A stretch of 63,980 nt of DNA, the filler included, from Diploschistes diacapsis (Eukaryota), in the NCBI GenBank assembly GCA_023645945.1. It is 5 parts of 5 records of this genome, joined end to end, with 100 filler letters (N's around TTAATTAATTAA, not from the genome) between each part and the next. Parts side by side here need not be neighbours in the genome. Positions count along the whole stretch, not along the records: positions 12,893 to 25,680 come from JALAIB010000710.1; positions 25,781 to 38,547 come from JALAIB010000711.1; 3 more parts are not named here. One strand, given 5' to 3'. The first letter of the stretch is position 1. The number at the start of each line of letters is the position of its first letter. The notes below the pieces were generated by a model. That model had not been told where the DNA came from. It saw only the letters and a program-made list of their open reading frames with translations, and searched no databases. Of this stretch, positions 12,893 through 26,566 are shown one piece after another. The position numbers were made by a program, and so were the translations under genes.

Positions 12893-13438
12893 CCTTTTGT
12901 TGGTGAAGCCCGGGACGGAGAAGAAGAGGCTGGGGGTGGGGGAGCGGAAGACAACAAGGAAGAAGGGAGAGAGGAAGCGGTGGGACGAGGTACAGGTTCA
13001 GATCATGTGTTGGGGATTGGAGTGTGCAAGGGAGGCGGTGGAGAGATTTAAAAAGGCGCATCCCTATGGAATGTGTCGGGCACGAGGTTGTTTGAGTGGG
13101 GGAGTTAGTTGTAGCCAAAGCCCCATGCTAGTAGGTAGGGAGGGGACGAAAGGGATGAAAGAATGTGAATGCTCCTCGATGTAATGAACATGAGATGGGA
13201 AAATGATGACTTCCATACCTATAGAAGGTTCTTGGAGCGAGTACAGGAGCGAACAAAGTACATTCACTTTGTGGTATCTAGCTAGCCCAACAATCAAAGA
13301 ACGGCCACCGCAACGCACAAACTTGCGCGCATTTGATAAAGGCTTCAGATAGACGTGAAGCGAATCCAAACGATCCTTCCTCTCTACGACAGGCAGAAAC
13401 TCCGACCTGCTGCGAGTTATGAAAAAAGACCCGCCTTT

Positions 13439-15507
13439 CTATCCATGGACCAGCAACGATATGTATTCTGCCATTGCCAGCACTTTTTCCTCTTGCAATC
13501 TCCTCCCAACTACTTGAACGGCTACAGGCGCTCTATGGAAGATGTCTGGCTTGTCTGGCCCATAGTGAGTGATGTCTTCATCCACCGTCGAGCCAAAAAC
13601 AGGATTGGATAGGGTATGAGACTAGGGTCCGACTTACAGTCTTTCATTATGTCTTCGTCTATGTGGCTCAGCGGCTTGAAGTCCGTCAAAGGGGTATCCA
13701 CGTTTTGATCTGCGGTGGTCACGGGAATGACGCACGACGGATAATCAATCACGTTTACCCAAGTAGTGTAGGAATAGTACCTGTACCGCAGAGGCTCAGA
13801 AGAAGGCGAAGGAGCGAGCGGAGAGATGATGCCGTCGATAGGTCGGCCCGTGCCAGTAACCTTTTGGGTTGCGTTCCAGCGCTCCATGTATTCTTTCCGG
13901 TACTCCCGGATAGCTATGTTCGTTCTCGAGATGTCCGTGGCAGTGTATTGGGGTCCTGGCTGGCCTTCAAACTCCGAGTACATGAGATCCTTTGACATTG
14001 GTTCGCCCGATAATCTAAATGATTCGTGAACGTCGAGCCCACCGTCGTACTGCCACGTTTTACTCTGTAAAAAACAATAATAAGACAGTGGTTTATGGGC
14101 ATAACGAAGAAGTAGATCAACCTACTATCAACTCTGCGCCATGTTTATGTGAGCTTGCGTCCCATTCGATGACCTACGCGCGCACACACGTTAGCTCGCT
14201 GATCCATTACGAGCGAATTCAATAAGCGCACCTTGTGCCCAGCCTTCCTGATTCTCTCAAGAACGTCGTCCATCGCGCGCTGTACAGGCGGCCAGGGGGT
14301 GACTTGGGCGTCGTTTTTGAAATAAGCAAACGCCAGCCCTCCGTTGTGCGCGTTCTCTACCACCTCGGTTTCGAGCTCTTGCCGCCAGGGCATACAGATG
14401 ACGTTGGGGTCATGGTTCCATGGCTCCTGGGACAATATAGCTTTGACCGCCAGACGAAGACTGGGGACGGAATGTGAGAGTGGGCCAACGGCTGACGGAG
14501 CGGAGTTTTGACCGTCCATGGAATTGGCCACCCCTTCATAAGGCAGGCGGCCGGTTGAAGGCTTGATGCCATAGAGACCGCAGAAAGCTGAAGGGATTCT
14601 GATGCTACCACCTTGAATCTGTTAGCGGTCCTGAGCTATCGGTATCCGTATGTGTGTACCAATATCTGTCCCGAAACCCAACGGACTCCCTCTTGCCGCT
14701 ATCAGAGCTCCTTCACCGCCGGAGCTTCCACCGCATGTAAGATGTCGATTCTTCGGGTTGTGGGTATAGCCAACGATGTTGTTGACCGTTTCGCCACGCA
14801 TGAGCGAATGAGGCACGCTTGTTTTACAGTAAAGCACCGCGCCAAGATTCCGAAGCTCCCTGACCAGTTCACTCTCGAACACCCTCTCCTGGCCAGTGTC
14901 GGTCCGTCCCTGAAATGTATTTATCCAGCCGACGTAGCCCATGTGCGTCTCGACACCTTTGACATGAAACTGATCCTTCAGGCTGACCGGCAATCCGTGC
15001 AAAGGCCCCGATGGAGCCTTGTGTCTGGCATAGTATGCATCGAGCCGTTTCGCGTCCTCGATAGCTGCATCGAAGAATATCTCATGCAGACAGTTGACCT
15101 GGTCGAGGACGGTTAAGTTCCGCGCTCAAAGGATTGACCGAGCGGCTCACAAGCTGATGAGCTAATGCAGCTCGATGCGCAAATGCGCGAGCTACTTCTT
15201 CTGCGGTCCATTGTCCAGTCGACGTGCGCTCAACGATTTTGACAGCATCGGTCGTCGTGAGCTCGACCTCGCGTGCTGAGAGAAACTGCTCAATATACGG
15301 CCCGCTGATATCGACCTGTTCTTCCACGCTCGGCACTGGACCCGGTATGCGCCATTCGGGAGGTATCAGACTTAAGACGGATTCGCGTTTCGACTGGGCC
15401 TTATCCTGCCAAGTGCTGCTTGAGTTCAGGTGGGCCATGATCGAAGAAAGGCGAGTGAAAGACGGCATGTCTTGGACGACAGGAGAGGAGTCTCCATGTC
15501 GTACCAT
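13439..15507 (-). CDS. Amidase-signature family protein (acetamidase/general amidase-like), multi-exon; start at 15507 or 15438
   Basis: [47 protein letters not shown], and the C-terminal [18 protein letters not shown] before TAG at 13441-13439. Confidence 0.92.
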
Positions 15508-16101
15508 AGCATGCCTTTTATTCGCTCACGGTAGGAATCAAGCTGAATTCATCGTCATTTGTGTACAGCTTTTGCTTGGCGAGTGAGCTTGAAGATGAGC
15601 TCCTTCTTCTTTTGAACCACGCATGAATTGGCGTTCCGCGTTACTTTAGTGCTCATGCCCATCAGAAAATCTTGGTGGGGCAAAACTCCGTCAAAAGGTT
15701 CGTACACAAGAGGCAGGTACTTAGGAAGGAAGGAAAAAAAAGCTGTTGGTTTTTGGGATGCAATCAAGTGCGTGCGGCGCTCATCCCCGATAAGCACAAG
15801 GCTCTGCGAACAAAATTTGCACATGCCAAACACCTTGACAGTCCCCGTGAAATCTTATCGCTTATTGTCATCAGCTTGACGTGTAGTGTGAGATTCGGAG
15901 ATCTTTCGTTTCCAAGCCAGATTGAAGCGGTGCTCTTCCAGATGGAGCCAAGTAACGTTTTTGCTTCTCTACCACTATTTCGGACTTGCAACTGCCCTTG
16001 GAATACGAATGAATACCTGGTACTCTATGGCCTCAGGCTGCATTGATTGTTTCCGAGACATTACTGCAGGTAATACCGAGGAGTACCTTATAATGTGGGC
16101 T

Positions 16102-17297
16102 CTACGCGGGGTCGTCCTGTTGTTGTTCCTCGTCGAACATCTGCCGCACATTCAAGTTGATTCGCTTCGACGCCATCCAATCGCGCCAGTCCTCAAAGTT
16201 TCCCATGCGCTCTGCGCTGGTTCCTTGTCGATCAGTCGCTAATAGTGATATTGTCTCGGCTGGCCATGCACGCATCCACAACGGGCAGCTGTTTGGAACT
16301 ATGCGTGGTACTCCATGCCATGCGTATCGCCCGGCTCCGCTCATGTATACTGCATCGCCTGAGCGTAGTCGAACGGCGATGTGTTTGGACTTTGATCCGT
16401 CTTCATTTTCAAGCCCAGCAAGGAAAATGGCCTCACATCCGAGGCTTATGCTCACTAGGCCCTTGCTAGAGGCCTCGCTAACGTCTCGGTGCAAGCTCAA
16501 CGTGTCCCCCGGTGAATAGACATTCACAATCGCTGCCTCGGGCTGCATGTCAGGAAAAGCAGCCCGAACAAGATCACCCACATCTTTGGGGAACCGAGGT
16601 GGCCTTTCCTTCGGATATTGCTTAGTAGTCCAGTCGTACTGACCTCCCAATGTAACCCAGCGGAGTTTTTTATTAAGGAACTGGTTGATAGTCAAGGGCT
16701 TATGTATGGCGGGATCACGAGGCTCAAGCGTGGTGGACGTGCTTGGTGGGAAACTGAAGAAGGATTGCTCCGCATTCTCTGCCGCTTCCGAGTGGTCAGT
16801 AGTAGCGGATCCACCTTCTGCCCCTGAAGGTCCAGATCGGAAACTTTCATAGGGGATCTTGTAGTGTTTGTGCAGATTGGTGAGATGCCGAGAATCTGTC
16901 AAATCTCGGTGTAGTAACTTTGACAGCAGCTGAAGTTGGATCTTTGGCGCCAACAGCCCTGGTATTAGATGTAGCCCTGGTGGATTAGAGCGATGTTTGA
17001 TTATAGAAGCAAACGGCAGTCATACAAACCTGGTAAAAAAGGCGCTTCATGCACATTGGTCGATTGGACAACTAAATCGGAACCATTTCCAGCTGCGCAG
17101 GGAGAGGAGAACCTCACACCGGAGACGTTCTGTGAGGCAACCACAGTGAGGCCATGGCGTGCAGTCTCATATGAGCCACGTTGGAAATCAACTATGCTGT
17201 CATCTTGAACAAGTTCGACAATTGGCGTCCGGCAGAGATTCTTGAAGACAACTCGTAGATCGTCTGGAGGCCTCTGATGAGCATCCAGCACCGTCAT
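16102..17297 (-). CDS. AlkB-family 2OG-Fe(II) dioxygenase (ALKBH1/Abh1-like), 2 exons
   Basis: KLRWVTLGGQYDW, AAIVNVYSPGDTLSLHRDVSE (HxD motif), LRSGDAVYMSG..R.AWHGVP and RINLNVRQ. N-terminal LDAHQRPP. Confidence 0.92.
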
Positions 17298-17793
17298 TTT
17301 AGCCTTGAGCAACTCCCAGCACGATGAGTCCAGGACTCACTGTGGGGGCATTTGAAGTGAGTTGAAGAATTCCTTATCTGGTGTCACAGATCTCGAGCTT
17401 CAATTTACATGCTTTATGCTTTCATGCTTTTCAGTGTGCCAAGACCGCCAACAAACTGGGGAGAAGAGAAGGTTGCCCTCGGTCTTGCCTCGGCCCGGTG
17501 TATGTCTTCACTCCCCTCTCACATCTCACGGCTCTGTTTACTCTGAAAATCTTGGCACCTCTCCCAACAACAACAACAGCGCTTCCATCCTGAACAAACT
17601 TAAACTCCGGTCCAGTACCACCAAAGGGAGCTGCAAATTGATCCATGGACATAGTCCTGACAGTTGAGGACTCGGAGGGCTACCCGCCAACAGAACACAA
17701 ACTCACACTTCTTGGTTAATCAATCAACCTACATTTAATCAAAGGCCCTTCCACTTGCTTTCCAAGTAATCAAGCTTCCATTCTGTCTGGCTA

Positions 17794-17799
17794 ACGCGT
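17794..17799. promoter_or_regulatory. MluI cell-cycle box-like element (ACGCGT) just upstream of the CDK1 ATG
   Basis: Exact ACGCGT 9 nt before the ATG at 17809. Function is inferred only. Confidence 0.3.
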
Positions 17800-17808
17800 C
17801 TCTTCACG

Positions 17809-18942
17809 ATGGAGAATTACCAGAAAATAGAGAAGATTGGGGAAGGTGGGTCCTTACTGGGCCTTGCATTGTGATAAGCACCATCGCCTTACAATTGGAC
17901 AGGGACCTATGGAGTTGTCTACAAAGCCCGGGATCTTACCCACCCAAGCCGCATCGTTGCTCTGAAGAAGATCCGTCTCGAGGCCGAGGACGAGGGCGTT
18001 CCTAGCACGGCCATAAGAGAAATTTCGCTCTTGAAGGAGATGCAAGATCCCAACATTGTTCGCCTTCTGAACATTGTCCATGCGGACGGTCACAAACTAT
18101 ACCTCGTCTTCGAGTTTCTGGACCTTGACTTGAAGAAGTACATGGAGGCCTTACCCATCTCCGACGGAGGACGCGGCAAACCTCTTCCAGAGGGCTCAGA
18201 GCTAGGAAGGCTGGGCCTTGGAGAGAACATGGTCAAGAAGTTCATGAGCCAGTTGGTGGAAGGGATCCGATACTGCCATGCCCACCGCGTGCTCCATCGG
18301 GATCTCAAGCCGCAGAACTTGCTCATTGATAAAGACGGCAACCTGAAGATTGCGGACTTTGGTCTTGCTCGTGCTTTTGGCGTTCCTTTGAGGACATATA
18401 CGCATGAGGTGCGTATCGAACCAGGCCACAGTCAATCGGGCCTTCTGACATGAACAGGTGGTCACCCTGTGGTATCGAGCTCCTGAGATTCTCCTCGGCG
18501 GCCGGCAGTACTCTACTGGCGTGGACATCTGGTCCATCGGATGCATCTTCGCAGAGATGTGCACTCGAAAGCCTCTATTCCCCGGCGACTCTGAGATTGA
18601 CGAGATCTTCAAGATTTTCCGGTAATTGATGGCTCCTCCTTCCCTTCTCGTCTACGCGGAACACTTACAAACTATAGCGTCCTCGGAACCCCTGATGAGA
18701 ACACCTGGCCCGGGGTGACTTCCTTTCCGGATTTCAAGTCTTCTTTCCCCAGGTGGAATAGAGACACGAGCGCGCCTCTCACCACTGGCCTGGATGAGGC
18801 CGGACTAGATCTCTTGGAGCGGACGCTTGTCTACGATCCTGCGGGGCGAATATCGGCCAAGCAGGCCTGCACGCACCCCTATTTCGAACTCGGTACTGCA
18901 GCCTATTCTGGACGTGGTAGTCGGGTCAATGGCTATCATTGA
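17809..18942 (+). CDS. cdc2: Cyclin-dependent kinase 1 (Cdc2/Cdc28/NimX), 4 exons
   Basis: [75 protein letters not shown] and GDSEIDEIF. Confidence 0.98.
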
Positions 18943-19804
18943 ATGGCCTATGCGCAAGAAGCATCCCTATTCTACTGGGCGATCTTGCCTGAGAGACATT
19001 TGCTTTTCTTGAATGGATTACTCGACAATCATTACGAGTCTCCTTGGGCTTGACGATCTGTTCGTGGTGCTAAGCAACGCGAGACACGATGCATAGGTAA
19101 AGGATTGGGATATGCTTATCGGTAGAGGGGCTTGGTACATGGTCGGCGTTGGAGCTCGGTGGCTTTGTACACGATCTTTCGACCATGGAGTCGAGCACAT
19201 GGCGACTACTCGTGATATGAAACTGCACTGCGTGCAAGGTGCATGCTGCTCCTTTTAGCCAACTAGTCCTAGGCACTACCAACTAGCTCAACTTGAAGTC
19301 AAGCAAGCTTGGTCTGAGTTCATTTGTTTGAGTATATATGTACTAATATATGTATCGCGACGCTTCGACCTGTAAAGCTGCTTGTTGGGGGCCCCGGCTC
19401 AAGATCTCAAAGGATGCTTGGGATCAACTATACAACAAGATTATTTCGTATGTCATGATATGTGGAACCGTGCAGCACAAAGAATGAGCATATCCGCACT
19501 TGAAGATTGCTGCTCGTGGAAACGCCAGACGCTGAGTCTAGGTACCTTTGAGCGTATCATCCCAGATGGCAATTTCAACTAGCCGGATTCAAACTCTGCT
19601 CGTACAGGGGTATATATCTAAAGCCTCACATGCGCCTCTCGTGTTTTGGTTTGCTCCGGATATGCCAACAGACCATCCCTCCCAATTCCCATGGCAGCCG
19701 CGCCTCCACGGCCAAGCCGCACTCCCGTGTACCAAACCCCCCCATCAATGCCTCGGAATCCATGAACGCATCGGTCGAAAGCGCGTACCCTAGCATGAAG
19801 CTTC

Positions 19805-21294
19805 TCAAAAAATCGCGCTTGTCTTCTTCGTCAGCCTGCTGCTGTCCTCGCCGCCTCCGCCCCTCAAGCCAAAGAAGCTCGATCTCTTCGGCTTCAGCCT
19901 CTGCTGTTGCTCGGGCTTCAGACGTCCACTCGAGCTCCCCATTGCCACCGAAGCATGAGGATACGGTCCGCTCGGGTTGCCACCCTGTGAATTTAGATAC
20001 TGCTGCTGTTGCTGAGCCGACGGAGGTGCAGAATGTCTTGGCGGTAGACTGGGCGGTCTGATTCCAAGCCGTTTCTGCTCCGCCTCGTACTCCCTTCGTA
20101 ACCTCTGCGTCTCCTTTTTGATCTCCGCGTCTCGCTGACGGGCCTGACGCTCTTCGTGCTCCACCATTTTCCTCACGTACTTCAACTCTTCCTTCTCCCG
20201 CCGTTTTCGCTCGCGCTCTTCTGTTTCGACCTGCTGCCGGAGGCGCGCTGTTTCGGCGTCAATCTCCCATTGCGAGCGCGGGTCTGTGGGCGGGGGTCGG
20301 TTGAGGTTGCTGCCTGAATTAGCAGGCGTTTGCAGAGAGAGTGAAGGGCGCTGAGGTCGTTGTGAGATCGGACCATTGGCCGGAGACAGGCTAGGAGGAA
20401 TATGCGATGCTAAAGCGGCGGTGATGGGTGTGCTTCCGCGGCTTTGCGGGCTCGAGTTCTGTCGAGATCGCGGGGCGTCGCCAATGTTGAACGCCTCTTT
20501 TATCGACGCAAAATAAACATCTTTGATAGCGGCTGCTGATAATAGCAGGACGCACTCGAAGCCCTTCGGGTCTTCCATGTCGACTCGGGTTAGGTTCGGT
20601 TCGTAGACACTCATCTCTTGCAGGTTTCTGAGAAAAGCCATTGGAATATCCGGCTCCTTCTGTTTGCGCTTTCCACCGTCTGGGTTCCGTGACTTGCCGG
20701 ATAAGTTGCAAATGAGATCTTTCGACAGCTTGCCTTCCCGCTTCCATCGAAAGTCAACGGTGGGAGTGGCTTCAGACACGGTCGGGTCGTTCTGGGTCTT
20801 GTCCAGAGACGATGTCGAGGGCTGTCGAAAAGTCTGCGTTGGCATATCGAATTCCCAGCATTGCGCAGAGTGCCATGTTGACGGTCGATGCCGTATCACT
20901 ACCTGCTGGTCGGGATTGTAGAGCTGCACGATGAATTCATTCGGAAGGATAGGTTGCGGTGGGGGTGGCACTCCCCCGTTCTTCCGCATCTCCTCTTGCG
21001 ATAACGACGGCTGAGTCCACTCTGGTATCAGAAGCACTTCGCCGTAAAGAATGCCCGGATTGTAGCTGTCATAGAGTGCCGCAGCATATCTGTTTTTGGC
21101 ATCCGATGATGTCGGATCTGGATGTCTGATTGTGTATGAGGGCACAGCGTCGGAGCCGTAATGGGAGAGGTATATGGTAGCGTCGTGTTTGACGTCTTTG
21201 GATTGTCTCAAGTAGAAGGCTAAGAGTGTCAGCTCACACACCTCATCGGTAGGAGCCGTATGGTCTTACTTGGGAGATTCTCGTCCAGTCCCAT
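19805..21294 (-). CDS. Uncharacterised fungal protein with C-terminal coiled coil; short first exon MGLDENLP (21294-21270)
   Basis: 478-codon ORF preceded by a GTAAG...TAG intron and a short ATG exon. Globular-looking N-terminal half, then a Pro/Ser-rich linker and an E/R/K-rich coiled coil. Confidence 0.8.
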
Positions 21295-21938
21295 TTTACA
21301 AAATATCGGGCATAAATCCTTTGACTAATAAAATGATATGATAGTAAGAGAAGATTCGGGTGTGTTAGGCATGAAAGTTTCCCGAACTCGGGTGAGGAGT
21401 TCGATAGTGATCGTTTATCTATGTATTCAAGATAGCTCTTCGCAAGCGCTTCATGATACCTGAGATGCCTTGCAAGGTCGCAGCAGCAAGAACAACGCGT
21501 AAGTAAATCAGATGCTAACACGAGGCTTAGCAAAGGAATACTTCGTCACCCGCAAGATTCATCCCAAATCAGGTTGACAGTGAGGCTGATTACAAGCGAG
21601 CATGCGTGTTGTAGTCAGCTATTCTTAGAACAGTCAAACTCCCCTCTCAAAGTCTTGGGTTCCATGAATGTTTCAGCGCCAGAGTTCCAAAAAAGGGTAT
21701 ACCAAGCGAATCCAAGCATATAGATCCATCGGATGAGCCTTTGCTGTGGCTTAAAGTCTGTGTCGTCTTGTACCAGACAGCTTTAACAGGAGGAAACCGA
21801 TATTCTCAATAATCTACCAGACGTTCTCCACATTGTTAATATCTTTGGTAGCCCCCGCTTATAAGGAAAGCATTTCTATTGCGATAGTTAGATAAACACG
21901 CTTTATAACCATCTCAATTTACATAACGAAGATCTTAT

Positions 21939-24900
21939 TTACGCTGCGGCATCTTCGAGCTTATCGTCTTTGTTTTTCGGTGTTGGTATCTGGCTAGCTA
22001 ATCTCTCCGCGATGCTGCCAGTTTCGGTTGACTTATCTTTCAGTGGACTGACGGGAGTAACGGGCTCGTTGCTCATGCTCTTCATCGGGTCATCCACGTC
22101 CAATGCCGCTTCTTCCTTGTCCTCCTCATCCTCGTCTTCAGGTGGCCGCACGACTTTGACGCTCGCCTCGCCCTCCTTCGTGTAGAGTCGGAGGCCAATG
22201 ATGCAGACCGCATTCCAGGGGTCACCGTAGTACTCTTCCAGCTCGTCATCATTGCCTTCAGGGGCTGCAGCGGAAACATTTATCGAACAATCCCTGTATC
22301 CGTCTCCGCGGTAATCTTCCTCAAAATACCTTTCGTCAAGCTCGCTGTCGAGCGAAGAGACATAGGTAACAACGGTATCGAGCTCCGATGCCTCGGACCT
22401 TGACGGCCTGGAAAACCTTCGTGCCATGAGATCAGGACTCAGTGGGGGCGTCGGAAGCATCTTCTTGTCGCCATTGACTTTTACTGCTGGAAGTGAGGTG
22501 GCCTTTGCCCCTGAATCGCTGTGAAATTTCTCAATCTTCTCCTGAACAGTCATCCCTTGTGGCTGCTCCGAGACTTCTTGGGTTGTAGCAGGTCCAGTCT
22601 GTGTTGGTTCGGAATCTTGCGATGATGGCTTTCTCGCTGGCCCATGACTTCCATTACAGACCTCGTTGCTTGGTGGCGCAGCTTGAATCTTGTCTGCTCT
22701 CGTCGGAGCACTCTCTCCATCAATGCGGCTACTGTTGAATTCAACCGTCAATGACGGAACAGGAGAATAGTCGCCATCTTTGGCCGACTCAGGGCCTTCT
22801 TCCGATGGGTGGACACCGTTTTCCGTTGCTGCCCGCTCATCAACCGAGCCTGGCCCAATAAATAGATGCTGGTTCGCCTTTGCTTTAGTATCATTCCACA
22901 TTGTTGCTACTTCTTTCTCTATACTAGGCCTCCTTACCCTCGTATCGTACCCTCGGTCATCCTCATTCACCGCTCGGCCCTCCTTCTTGGCCATGTGCGC
23001 ATCTCTTCTCTGCTTTTCCCTCCTATTCCGCTCGATCCGTTTCTTGTCTCTCAACCAGTCCTTGTGCTTCCTCTTCTTAGCCTCTTCCCTCGCCTTTGCC
23101 TTGATTGCTGCTTCATCCTTGGCCTCCTTCTCGGCTTTACGCTCTTTTTCCTCCTCCGTCTCTACAATGATACCCCTGGCATGTGCAAGATCATAGGACA
23201 TGCCAATCTGAAGTAATTTCTCCTGTCTTTTCTTGCAGTTCATACGAACAACCTCTTCAACGGTCGGTAGCCTTTGATCTCGTTTGGCAGTCACCCTTAT
23301 GCGGACCGTGTAGCATCCCGCGTCCAACTTTAGCTCGGTGCTCACGGACCGGGTCATCGAATAGTTACCGTGGCTCCGCACTATATAGTCGTCCTCGTCG
23401 TCTTTGCTGACTCGAAAGTGTAGCGAAAAACTATACTGGCCCCGTAGTCCATCCCAATAACGATCATCGAGCTGCAAAGAGTCAGCGTGTCCTCCGTTGC
23501 TATCGAACTACCTTACTTGGGAGAGAACAATGACTATGGGGGTGCTGTTAGTCAAGGTAAAAGAAAATTTGGTGTCGTTGTAGTCCGCGGACCATGGCAC
23601 GTCTATAGAGGTCCACTGTTGGGTTACAGACCAATCTCGACCGAAGAGCCTTGTGCGATCGAAGAACTGGTATTTACGAAGGAGATCCTTGTAGGATATC
23701 CAGAATACTCCGTCGTCACCGAATCTGTGATTCAAAAGCTGCATCCATTCGGGGGTCCACTGCTCGGATCCATCGCTCCAGGCCCCGCTCCATTCAGTTT
23801 CGCCCCAAGGATTGCGAAGCTTGAGCAGTCTCTCGCCCTCGACTTCTCGAGCCTCCATTATGGAGTAAGCATGGCCCGACTGGATCCCTTTACGGTCCGT
23901 CAGCTTACCACCGCCTTGCCAGTCATCGAAGCGCCCCGTGGCGCAGCCGAACAGGAACTCGTCATTGACGCGCATCAATTCTTCTTTCCAGAACTTATCA
24001 ATATCAAGTATGTCCGATGTGAAGAGCTCTGTCGTGACGCCGCCAGTTAAATCCTCAATGGCCTCGCCTGTGAAGCCACCATCGATTGCATAATAATCGC
24101 CGTGAGCTTTCGCAAATGCCTTCTCCAAAAGTGGTAGCCATGTTTCGTTCTCTGTGTTGCATTGAGCAAAGTACAGAGCCCTCGATCCCGTCTGGTAGAC
24201 CTTTCGATATTCCTCTTCCGCGTCTTGCCTGTTCGGGATCTGCAGCCACTGTACCTTTTCGAACAGACTCTCGTCCCAGTCGGGCACGCTGAGGTACAGT
24301 TTATCGTCTATAACGGTGTTGATCCAGCTGCCATCTGCGGAACAGTAAACCTAAGACAATCATCCGGTCCCGAATCTTGAGCGACTTACCTCGGTAGAAG
24401 ACGAAACCGTACACACCAACCGCCTCGTCTCGAGCGACGCAGACCTTCTCGATCAAGTCTTTCTTATTTCCGAGCGCACCAAGTGCAGCAAGAAACCAGC
24501 AGTCGCCTGCTCTGCCTTGGCGTACATCACCAGCAGTTGCGCCATCAACGTAGAACTGGGGGTTCTCAAAGATTTGCTGCATTCACGGTTAGCAGAGGGC
24601 CAGAAGACCCCTCACATCGGGACTGACGGGTACTCGTTTAACGGATCTGGGCTCCCCCGCGTCTGGATACAAGAGAAGACCGTCTAGACAATCCCGCTTC
24701 TTGCTTTTTAGGTCCCACTCAATGTCGAAATGGGGGTCTCGGTACCGCATATTAACCCGCCTACACTCCGTTGCAATCTTTTGCACAACCGCGACGCAGT
24801 CGGCTTTGGCCTCGTCGTAGGATTCGCGCGCCCCATGGCCGTGTACGGTGCCCTTCGGTTCGCTGGCAGCTTTGGATCTGGCGTATGGATTTTTGGGTAA

Positions 24901-25017
24901 TATGTTGTGGACTTTGCCAGGAAACTTGGTCGTAAACGCAGACCAAAAGTCATCGACGGTTTTCTGAGGCACCTGTTTCTTCACTTTCCTTCGGCGGTTG
25001 TCGCTGTTGCACGACAT
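21939..25017 (-). CDS. Calpain-like cysteine protease (peptidase C2), 4 exons; start approximate
   Basis: Catalytic triad motifs RQGRAGDCWFLAAL, GHAYSI and LRNPWG. Also W.PLLEKAFAKAHGDY, DDGVFWISY.D and a domain III-like VLSQ|LDDRY. Confidence 0.92.
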
Positions 25018-25548
25018 TGCGAATGGACCGACCGCTCGATACTCAGGCAATGGTAATACAACAGTCGGGGAACATTAAGCTAAAGCGTTGAAGAGGCTCA
25101 TCTGCAGCGCGAGGCAGCAGAAGAGAAAAAAGAAGCTCGACGACAGGGGCTGTCTAGACATACGCTGAAATAAAACCCCTGCCATGCAAATTATCTGGAT
25201 TAGGCTCACCTGTGGCGGTCTGAGCTTAGTCCTTGGATCTGGCCAGCATGAAGAAGGCCAACGTAGGCCGCCAGGGCCAAGGAGAGCATAGTGTATGACA
25301 AGAAATGAGGCATGTATAGCTTTGTAACGCCGACTCGGGCTAATGGACGTGTGTTTTGGCTGGCCAGCTCGGCACATCCTAAGGCTGCCAGTGATTGATC
25401 GAGGAAACCTTTTTGCTGCAAGAAGTTTCTAGCCCGCATCTCTCGGCTTCCCACGCAAGCGCAGATCTCGGTCTTGGCCCCCACAAAGCAGCTTAACCAC
25501 ATTAAATCCGATACCACTAATAATTCATTAACTTAGCGAAAATTCTTG

Positions 25549-25549
25549 A

Positions 25550-25626
<77 letters not shown>
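25549..25626. repeat. (ATT)n microsatellite in an AT-rich contig end
   Basis: Directly visible run of about 25 units. Confidence 0.92.
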
Positions 25627-25629
<3 letters not shown>

Positions 25630-25680
25630 TATTATATTATGATTAACTATTGATTTTTTTTGGCTTACGTAATATATTAA

Positions 25681-25780
25681 NNNNNNNNNNNNNNNNNNNN
25701 NNNNNNNNNNNNNNNNNNNNNNNNTTAATTAATTAANNNNNNNNNNNNNNNNNNNNNNNNNNNNNNNNNNNNNNNNNNNN
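25681..25780. other. Artificial contig spacer N44-TTAATTAATTAA-N44
   Basis: Same linker as at 12793. Confidence 0.97.
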
Positions 25781-26270
25781 CCTATAAATAGTCGTTGATA
25801 TTAAATTCTATTAAAATGGAATTATTTCGATGCGAGGTAGTTATTATTAAGAAATATCGAATTTAAGGTGAAAAATAATGATTTAAGGTGGCCGGAATCT
25901 GGGGGTGGTGTTACGATCCAAATAATTAAATAATAATCTATTTAACACTTTATAGTTAATCGGGTTTAACTTAATTACTTTTTATATATAATTTAATTAT
26001 AATAATACTGATTACGTAATGAGTAAAAAACCTTAAAGGCTATTTTATCTTTTATAAATAAAACGGGAGAATAATAATTTTATTTATTTATTAATTTATT
26101 TTATTAAGAAGTAATTAATTATATAAAAACGCGTTATAGTTCTTATAAGTCGGGATATATTTATTTTTATAAATATCTTTAACGATTATTCGAGATTAAT
26201 TTATATTCGTTATTTTTTATTTATGGAAAGTAATCTTTTTAGAAATCAGAATAGATTTATTATCGATCTA
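25781..26270 (+). mobile_element. AT-rich, RIP-like transposon relic, possibly the 3' end (PPT plus LTR) of an LTR retrotransposon
   Basis: Very AT-rich and TpA-rich. A G-rich tract GGGGGTGG is followed directly by TGTTACG at 25909, resembling a PPT/LTR junction. Confidence 0.4.
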
Positions 26271-26566
26271 TTTCTTCTCCTTCTATACTCCTTTTTTACT
26301 AGAGACCAAACCCACCTTGATCAATACCTCGTGTCTACGTTGTAGAGATAGAGATCATAATAAGTAGGTGATGCGAAAGCAGTAGATGCAAAAAAGATGC
26401 CACGTAATAGTTCAGTTCAGTTCAGCCAATCCAACCCCTTGACAGTTACTTTCGGAGTTAATTTCTTATCTACGGTTTTTTTTGCGCCCATGAACACACT
26501 AATCTGCAACTATAGTCCTGCGCTTCGCTTAGGAATAATGTAATCAAAAAAAGGCCGAAGAACGGG

